A stretch of 52,894 nt of DNA from a virus (lineage: Duplodnaviria; Caudoviricetes): positions 1 to 52,894 of the IMG/VR virus record IMGVR_UViG_3300049780_000032. One strand, given 5' to 3'. Every line of letters starts with the position of its first letter. Within the stretch, counting starts at the first letter, position 1. Position numbers and translations under genes: made by a program. Below the pieces are notes generated by a model. It saw only the letters and a list, made by a program, of their open reading frames with translations. It was not told where the DNA came from and did no database searches. This document shows, piece by piece, positions 46,729 to 52,894 of the stretch.

Positions 46729-47672
46729 CCTGGGGGCTGGCGCACGGGCGCGCGATGATCCGGGCCGCTCAGGCCCACCGCGACCTGGATCTAGATCAGA
46801 GCCGCTACATCGACGTATACGAGGCCTTGCACCGTGCGGAGCTGATGGTGGTATGCGCCCCGATGTCGGCCCTGTTCGGTGCTTACCTGCCGGCCGCCGT
46901 AGGCCCGGGAGGCAGGAAGGCGGGCGTGCTGCTGAACAGCCATCGAAGCGTTATTGATCAGCGCCACAGCGCTGCTCACGAACTTGGCCACCATGTGTTC
47001 GGTCACGGCGAGTGTGTATCTGAGGGCTCGCAAGTGTTCGAGGACAGCGATCCGGGAGCGTGGCCGGTGAGGGAGAAGGAGGCGGAAGCTTTCGCCTCCT
47101 GGTTCTTGATGCCACGCGTAGCGACCCGCAAGGTGATCGCCGCACTGGGCGTCGAGGTCATTACCCGGCCCGAGGAGGTGTATCAAGTTGCGCTGCACCT
47201 GGGTACTTCCTATCGAGGCACGCTGCGCCATCTCGTCAGCCTGAAGCTCATCTCCTCGGCCGACGCGAGCCGTTGGGCTCGTTTGCCCAGAGGGAAGGTC
47301 CGAGCACGAGCCGTCGGTCGGGCTGCCTCCTCGCCCGTCAACGACATCTGGATTCTAGGCCCGGCCGCACACGGCGCTACGTTGCACGTACGCCCCGGCG
47401 ACCGACTGGTGGTCGGCTTGTCATCAGCCACGGATTCTGCTGCGGAGCCGCTCACCCCGCCAGCGGGGGTACAACGTGCTATCTCCCCGAGCGGGGACGA
47501 AGCAGGCATGCTGGGATTTGAGCTAGATCTCGATGATCCCCTGGAGTTCGACATCACCGACCAGTTCTCTGCTGGAGGTCCGTTGCGGCTTACGGCGCCC
47601 GAAAGGGGCGGATGGGAGGTGAAGGTGGCTTCCGTCCGGGTTCCTCGGGTTGGCTTCAACGAGCCGGACTGA
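46725..47672 (+). CDS. ImmA/IrrE-family zinc metallopeptidase
   Basis: R.S.AHELGH, E.EA..FA..FLMP, HTH-like LGTSY; extra C-terminal beta domain. Confidence 0.9.
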   Translation: MTWGLAHGRAMIRAAQAHRDLDLDQSRYIDVYEALHRAELMVVCAPMSALFGAYLPAAVGPGGRKAGVLLNSHRSVIDQRHSAAHELGHHVFGHGECVSEGSQVFEDSDPGAWPVREKEAEAFASWFLMPRVATRKVIAALGVEVITRPEEVYQVALHLGTSYRGTLRHLVSLKLISSADASRWARLPRGKVRARAVGRAASSPVNDIWILGPAAHGATLHVRPGDRLVVGLSSATDSAAEPLTPPAGVQRAISPSGDEAGMLGFELDLDDPLEFDITDQFSAGGPLRLTAPERGGWEVKVASVRVPRVGFNEPD

Positions 47673-47873
47673 TGTGGATGGGAAGGGTCGGTTACTGATC
47701 TAGCGAGATCGGTCAGCTCGTTAACGGTGATTCGCCCGTGTCGGACGGGCGACCGGACTGAACGTCCCGGGACGTGTGCCCGGCCTACACGCCTGCGCTC
47801 GCAGGGTTCGTGGCTAGATTCCAGCCCAAGCTGCGACAACATGATCCGTCTACCGCGAGAAACGGACATCGCG

Positions 47874-48737
47874 ATGTCAGTCCTGTACATCCAAGCGCCG
47901 AACGTCTCCGAAGCATGGCTGCAGGCCGTGCGTGCGCTGGGAGAGCGGCCAGATCCTCGCGCTCTACACATGATCGTGTCAATTGACGCCCCGGTCGCTG
48001 AGGACAGCCGCATTCGAGCTGCCGTCGACAGGCTCCTCGACGATCTCGGGCAGCCGGGTGTCGACACCGTGGCCAACACGATCTTCCCCGCGGCCCTTGC
48101 AGCCACCAGCTCAAATCACGAGGAGCTGGTCGAACGCTACCTGCGTTACCTCCCGCGGCTACGCGGATTCAAGGGCAACCAGTTCGGTACCTATTTCGCC
48201 AGGCTGGTCGCATATCCCGGGATCAAGGGAGCAGTTGACCAGCTAGCCGCCGTGGTGGATCGGCTTCAAAAGGGCGGTCGCGCACGCTTCACCCGCTACG
48301 AAGCGCTCATCGACCAACCCGAAGTAGACGGTGAACCTGATACGGAGGCGGCGGCTTCGCAGGAGCCGAACGAGTCGGTCAACGGCGACTCGCCTCCGCC
48401 CGATGGCGGGGCAACTGCTCCGATCTACGTGCCGGGCAAGGACCGAACACCTGGCCACTTCCCCTGCCTGAGTCACTGCTCATTCCAACTGGATGCCGAC
48501 GCCCGCGTGCATCTACTGGCCTACTACCGTAGCCAGTCGATGGTGGAGAGGGCCTACGGAAATTACCTGGGACTGGGCCGGCTACTGCAGTACGTAGCCA
48601 GTCAGGCAGGACTGCGAACGGGGCAGCTCACTGTCGTGGCCGGACAGGCGCAGATCGAGATGGCGCGCCGCCAAGTGCGCTTGCTGACATCGCAGCCCGA
48701 GATCCTCCCGGGCTTCGCTGTATCCAAGTCTGCCTGA
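47874..48737 (+). CDS. Thymidylate synthase-like protein (candidate dUMP hydroxymethylase)
   Basis: TVANTIFP, DQL, FPCLSHCSFQ (catalytic Cys), YYRSQ, AYGNY. Confidence 0.8.
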   Translation: MSVLYIQAPNVSEAWLQAVRALGERPDPRALHMIVSIDAPVAEDSRIRAAVDRLLDDLGQPGVDTVANTIFPAALAATSSNHEELVERYLRYLPRLRGFKGNQFGTYFARLVAYPGIKGAVDQLAAVVDRLQKGGRARFTRYEALIDQPEVDGEPDTEAAASQEPNESVNGDSPPPDGGATAPIYVPGKDRTPGHFPCLSHCSFQLDADARVHLLAYYRSQSMVERAYGNYLGLGRLLQYVASQAGLRTGQLTVVAGQAQIEMARRQVRLLTSQPEILPGFAVSKSA

Positions 48738-48804
48738 AGACGGACATGTCTGAGACGTTCCTGGCAGACCTCTGAAGCTAAAGTCATCTCATCCGCTCAA
48801 AGCA

Positions 48805-49830
48805 CTACGCAGGGGGCAACTCGTCGCTATTGATCTTCCACTTCGGCGGAAACCATGCCGTCAAGGGAGCAGAGTCTGCCCGGTAACCCTGCTTGATCCG
48901 GGTACGACCGCTGACACCCTGCACGTGGGGATGAGCCACCCGTGAGTATTTGTCGACCTCGCAGAAGAGGTTCTGACAGTCGATCAACTGCAAACGCCTA
49001 CCGGACAAGCCAGAGAACTCCAGGCCGAGACGCTCGAACTGGACCTCCTGCGTGTCAGCCATGTAGCGGATCACCTCCGCCTCAACCCCCTGAGCGTCAG
49101 GGCCGAAGCATTTGCGGATGCCATCACGAGCTCCAGGACCCGCCACGACGAAGTCCATCTCGCTGAAACTCAGCGCCGACGTGTAGTTCAGGTCGATCAG
49201 GAACTGGAACGCAAGGAAGTCCCCCAACCCGGGATATCCCTTCAAGACCTCGAAAGCCTCTGCCATGGTGGTCGCAGAAGCGATCTTGGCTGGCGCATCG
49301 GCAGTCATCATCAATTCCAACAACCGTAGGTGGTTACGGTGCTTGCGCTGCTCACCAAGCGGCGGCTGCGGGATCACGTAGGCGGGGGAGTACAGACGCT
49401 GTCCTTCAGCGAAAGCACCGCTCAGCACGGCTTCGTAGGCCTGCCACGAGTAGTTCACCCAACTGATCTCGCCGAGCATGGCTGACAGCAGATGCCAGGT
49501 GGAGATTCGGTTGAACAGCTTAAACAACATGACCCGGAAGAACACCTCAGACCACTCGGACGACCCCCGGTAGATGACCTGGGTGATGAGGTGCTGGCTC
49601 ACACGGTCACTAGCCCGGTAGCAGTTGGTGAAGCGGTACCGCGCCAGGATCGGGTCGGCCGTCCATGGACCGACCTGCCCGGCGAGCTTCCTCTCGTACA
49701 CCCGCTGCCGCTCTGCGGCGAAACGCCAATAGGTGTCGAACACCGTCGTGGGGCTCAGCCGCCGGCCCGCGATGACCACCTCTGACGTCCGGTCGAGGTC
49801 AGCCCTCTGTCCGATCGTTGTCGTCGTCAC
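48805..49830 (-). CDS. 5-hmdU DNA kinase-like protein (aGPT-Pplase clade 1)
   Basis: 'YWRFAAERQ....GPWT.DPIL..YRFTN.YR..DRVSQ', 'FKLFN', 'G.G.FLA.Q..IDL.Y', 'GPGARDG', 'QNLFCE.DKY'. Confidence 0.88.
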   Translation of the reverse strand: MTTTTIGQRADLDRTSEVVIAGRRLSPTTVFDTYWRFAAERQRVYERKLAGQVGPWTADPILARYRFTNCYRASDRVSQHLITQVIYRGSSEWSEVFFRVMLFKLFNRISTWHLLSAMLGEISWVNYSWQAYEAVLSGAFAEGQRLYSPAYVIPQPPLGEQRKHRNHLRLLELMMTADAPAKIASATTMAEAFEVLKGYPGLGDFLAFQFLIDLNYTSALSFSEMDFVVAGPGARDGIRKCFGPDAQGVEAEVIRYMADTQEVQFERLGLEFSGLSGRRLQLIDCQNLFCEVDKYSRVAHPHVQGVSGRTRIKQGYRADSAPLTAWFPPKWKINSDELPPA

Positions 49831-49860
49831 TCTAGAATTATATATCTATTGCATATCTGT
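49831..49860 (-). promoter_or_regulatory. AT-rich divergent promoter; leaderless for the DNA kinase gene
   Basis: Perfect TATAAT (49842-49837) 6 nt before GTG start. Confidence 0.6.
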
Positions 49861-49885
49861 CGCCTGCGAATGCGAGAGAAGAGGC

Positions 49886-50176
49886 ATGGAGCTCCTCCGG
49901 GACTCGCCCAAACGCACCACGTCAGTGCAGTGGCCGGACGCTGTTGACGCCCGGCTTGAGATACTGGCGGCCCTGGCAACTGCGGCAGGAGAGCAGGTCT
50001 CAAGGGCGCAATTGCTGGCAGCCCTGGTCGCCATGGCACCGCTGGACAAGGAAGCACTGAGCGTGGCCGTGCATTCCTACAGGCAGCAGTTGCACGAGGA
50101 GTTCGCCACTGCCACTGCTCAAGTTGAAGATCTTCCCCGTGTAAGACGTTCTGGGCGAAAGCGCCGTAACACTTGA
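49886..50176 (+). CDS. Small putative ribbon-helix-helix DNA-binding protein
   Basis: GAGG RBS; 'RTTSVQWPDAVDARLE.L.......SRAQLLAALV' strand-helix-helix. Confidence 0.6.
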   Translation: MELLRDSPKRTTSVQWPDAVDARLEILAALATAAGEQVSRAQLLAALVAMAPLDKEALSVAVHSYRQQLHEEFATATAQVEDLPRVRRSGRKRRNT

Positions 50177-50305
50177 GCTTGGCGGCTGCGGAGCAAACGA
50201 GCGGGCCGCTGATCTGCGGGCGGAACCTAGGAACGCACCAATCCGGCATGCAAGTCATCGGTGATCGAGGCGCCCTAGATCTTTCCGGACAGCTCCCAGC
50301 TAGGG

Positions 50306-50494
50306 TTGGGTGACCGAAAGGAAGTTGCAGTTGACACGGCGCAAGGGCCCGTACTCGCAGGCGTTCAAAGGACGATGCCGTCCGCATGGTGCTGGATGGG
50401 GGTCGATCAGTGTCGCACGTTGCCCGAGTTGGACCGTCCACGACAGCATCTACATAACTGGGTGAAGGCGTGGCGGCGGAAGCATGGAGGCTAG
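50306..50494 (+). pseudogene. IS3-family OrfA remnant
   Basis: Frameshifted 'YSQAFK.DAVRMVLDG.RSV..VAR...LHNWVKAWR'. Confidence 0.65.
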
Positions 50495-50570
50495 GCGCTG
50501 GCCGCTTCGGGGCCGCTTCAGGTGAGGCCGCCATGCAGCTTGTACGCTGCGAGGCAACCTCAGACTCAGG

Positions 50571-52511
50571 TCAGACAGTCAGAAGGCGGAAGATTTCTTC
50601 GAAGCGCTCAAGCGTGGCATCGTCCACCTGCGCGAAGAACGCCCCAAGGTCGGAGGTGAGTTGGTGCGCGGGGCCAGCGTGATCGAACTCTCCCCGAACG
50701 AGGGCAATGCGGCGCAGGATTGGTTCGTTGGTCTGAGGAAGTTCCGCTTCCGTCACGGCGGGGAGACCAGACTGGTTGTAGAGCCACAAATAGTCCTTGG
50801 CCGTGAACAAGTCCTCGATATCGCCGCTGGCGGGTAGACCGTCGAGCTCGCCGATAACCACGATCTTGCTCTGGTCGACGCCTGCTGCCGTGGCGGCCAT
50901 CCGAACCTTCCTGATGACCTTGGTGGCCTCGGCGCCATCTACCAAGGCGCGTACGTCGAGGCGGCGTCCCATCAGGGCCACAAAGGCGGGCATGTTGCCT
51001 ACGCCACCGACCGGGATGATGGACAGGCGAGGATTAAGCCCTGTCCGATTCTGGGCCACCAGATGGGCCGACAAGCGCATCAGGAACACGAAGTCGCTGC
51101 TGCCTTCCACCGCGAGGTGTGGGCCTACGCCCAGGAAGAGGTGCTGGGATACGGAGTAGCCCAGGGCTGCCTCGACGGGCAGAATCGTATTGCGGTCGGC
51201 CGACAGATCGACAGGAGTGATGACCACGCCGAGGTCGGGATTCTCCCGAGTGGCCTGGTCGTGGACGGCGCGCATCGTCTCGTAGCGGCTGGGATCGAGC
51301 ATGTGCTGCGAGTGTGTGGTGTAGAGGACTTGCTGGTGCACTCCCAACTCGTCGATGATGTAGGTAAGGAAGTCACGCTGCGCTTCCCCGTGCAAGCTGG
51401 TCCCCGGCTCGTCTAGGAGGACCACCACCCGATCAGAGGAATCCTGGTATCTGCTGAACGCGGCTAGGAAGGAGAAGAACCACTGGAACCCTGACGAGCG
51501 TGTGGAGAAGTTGGTGTCCACCTCGTGCCGCGCGTCATGAAGCTCGATCTTGAGTATCCTGTGGCGAATCTCGTGACCTTCAGCCGTATGGTCGACAACC
51601 GGCATATCGGTATCAAACCGCACCGACAGGGCGGGATTCTGCTGCCAGTACTTCATCACCTGGGCGGTGAGGTCGGAGCTGGCTGCCTGCAGCTCGGCCT
51701 TCCGGGTGATGTACTCCTCGTCCAAGAAGCTCCCCGGAACCTGTCCCGCCAGGCTGAGCAGGGCCAGCATGGTCTCGTCACCTTTGATCAACGACTTCGA
51801 TTTGGCGCGGTGCGCCAGTTCGGTCAGATCGCACTCGCCCTTGAGTAGCTCGTAGTTGGAGAAGTAGAAGAAGCGAGGGAGCAGCGTGTGCAGCTGTTCC
51901 TGCTGGTCACCGGTGGTTCGCTCGCCCAAGAGCACGGCATACTTCTTCAACATGTTGGGGATCTTCTTGATCGCCGTCGCACGCGCGGTGTGCCCGTCCT
52001 CGCTCAACTGCATGGCCAACTCGCGCGCGGTGCTGGCCAGGGCGGCCGAATTCTCGATCTGTATCAGGGATGCGAGATCGTCTGGATCTGCGCCAACCTC
52101 GTTGCCCAGGGTGCGAACGAGATCGGAAAGCTCACATTCAACTTCGATCACGAGTTCGTTGTCGTAGCTCCGCCATGCCACAACGATCATCCCCGCCGGT
52201 GGTTCAAAGCCCAAGATGCCGGCCACATCGCTGACATCTTGGACCTCCAGAGCGAACCTGCCGACGATGGGTGCGACGGCACCTAGGTCCTCTTTGCGGC
52301 GATCCCTGGCCAGATGTCGACGGGGATACTCCACCGATACGTCGAATTTGTCTGGCCGGTTGGCGGGATTGAGACGATGCAACGCCTGCAAGATCGTCGT
52401 TTTGCCCGACTCGTTCTTGCCGATGAGACTAGTCACCGCCTGGTCGACCACCATGGTCTGGGCGTCGGTGAAGTTACGGAATCGCTGGATCTCGATCGAG
52501 AGGAGGAGCAT
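50571..52511 (-). CDS. OLD-like ATP-dependent nuclease (ABC ATPase + TOPRIM)
   Basis: GKNESGKTT, SSGFQWF signature, LLDEPG, TTHS, VEGSSD, LVDG, DIEDLF. Confidence 0.88.
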   Translation of the reverse strand: MLLLSIEIQRFRNFTDAQTMVVDQAVTSLIGKNESGKTTILQALHRLNPANRPDKFDVSVEYPRRHLARDRRKEDLGAVAPIVGRFALEVQDVSDVAGILGFEPPAGMIVVAWRSYDNELVIEVECELSDLVRTLGNEVGADPDDLASLIQIENSAALASTARELAMQLSEDGHTARATAIKKIPNMLKKYAVLLGERTTGDQQEQLHTLLPRFFYFSNYELLKGECDLTELAHRAKSKSLIKGDETMLALLSLAGQVPGSFLDEEYITRKAELQAASSDLTAQVMKYWQQNPALSVRFDTDMPVVDHTAEGHEIRHRILKIELHDARHEVDTNFSTRSSGFQWFFSFLAAFSRYQDSSDRVVVLLDEPGTSLHGEAQRDFLTYIIDELGVHQQVLYTTHSQHMLDPSRYETMRAVHDQATRENPDLGVVITPVDLSADRNTILPVEAALGYSVSQHLFLGVGPHLAVEGSSDFVFLMRLSAHLVAQNRTGLNPRLSIIPVGGVGNMPAFVALMGRRLDVRALVDGAEATKVIRKVRMAATAAGVDQSKIVVIGELDGLPASGDIEDLFTAKDYLWLYNQSGLPAVTEAELPQTNEPILRRIALVRGEFDHAGPAHQLTSDLGAFFAQVDDATLERFEEIFRLLTV

Positions 52512-52607
52512 CTGTTGTCCTGTTGCTCAGCGCATCGTCGCGGGTCCATAACGTTAGCGATCGGCACCGACAACATCTGCCTTGCGATCGGACTGTGACC
52601 ATCGAGG

Positions 52608-52894
52608 TGTGTCAGAGAAAATGCACCAGATAGGGCCGAAAACACCTATCTGCCGCGAGAGGGGTTATACGGGATCTTGGCGTAGTTCGCGCCGGGTCGC
52701 AACCCTGGCCTCGTGAGCGGCCTTCAGCCCGGCCCGGCGGGCCTCCCGGATCGCCTCACCGCGCCCATGGTGCTCGTCGTCGGGGGTGACGTAGCCGAGG
52801 CCCTCGTGCAGCCTGACCTCGTTGTAGAACGTCCGGATCGAGTCCAGCTCGGCCTCCAGCTCCCCAGGCTCGGTGATCTTGTCCAGGTGCGGGA
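52608..52894 (-). mobile_element. IS (IS481/IS3-like) 3' end
   Basis: Transposase C-terminus 'FYNEVRLHEGLGYVTP' ending TAA at 52665-52667; candidate terminal TGTGTCAGAG at 52608. Confidence 0.75.

Larger units (their letters stand above)
38694..52894. mobile_element. Composite genomic/defence island downstream of the tRNA-Arg att (right end not seen)
   Basis: Own integrase, lower-GC cargo, IS scars, defence-type genes. Confidence 0.7.

Noticed and set aside
44293-48737. Housekeeping tmk and thyA
   Set aside because: Divergent sequences in island context with MazG and the DNA kinase; no folA or core-gene synteny

Overview
High-GC actinobacterial DNA with two parts. (1) Positions 1-38693 are the right-hand ~38.7 kb of a temperate siphovirus prophage. 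Its lytic genes lie on the minus strand, running from xis and early genes through YqaJ/ERF recombination, two DNA methyltransferases, WhiB, a beta clamp, Rep/loader/DnaB, HNH-terS-terL, portal, protease and HK97 capsid to the tail genes and the start of the tape measure gene. Repressor, a membrane protein and a tyrosine integrase lie on the plus strand, ending at an att site formed by the 3' half of tRNA-Arg(UCU). A four-gene glycan cassette (2 glycosyltransferases, a methyltransferase, an NDP-sugar epimerase) sits between the capsid and neck/fibre genes. (2) Positions 38694-52894 are a composite island: a second tyrosine integrase, a tRNA-Lys att relic, and defence-type cargo (TIGR02391 protein, broken Mrr-like nuclease, OLD-like ATPase/TOPRIM, IS scars). 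The most striking locus (44293-50176) combines dTMP kinase, MazG, a thymidylate-synthase-like enzyme and a 5-hmdU DNA-kinase-like protein around a translationally coupled acyl carrier protein-XRE-ImmA/IrrE operon. It is a candidate inducible thymine-modification or defence system. All family assignments come from motif recognition by eye, not database searches.
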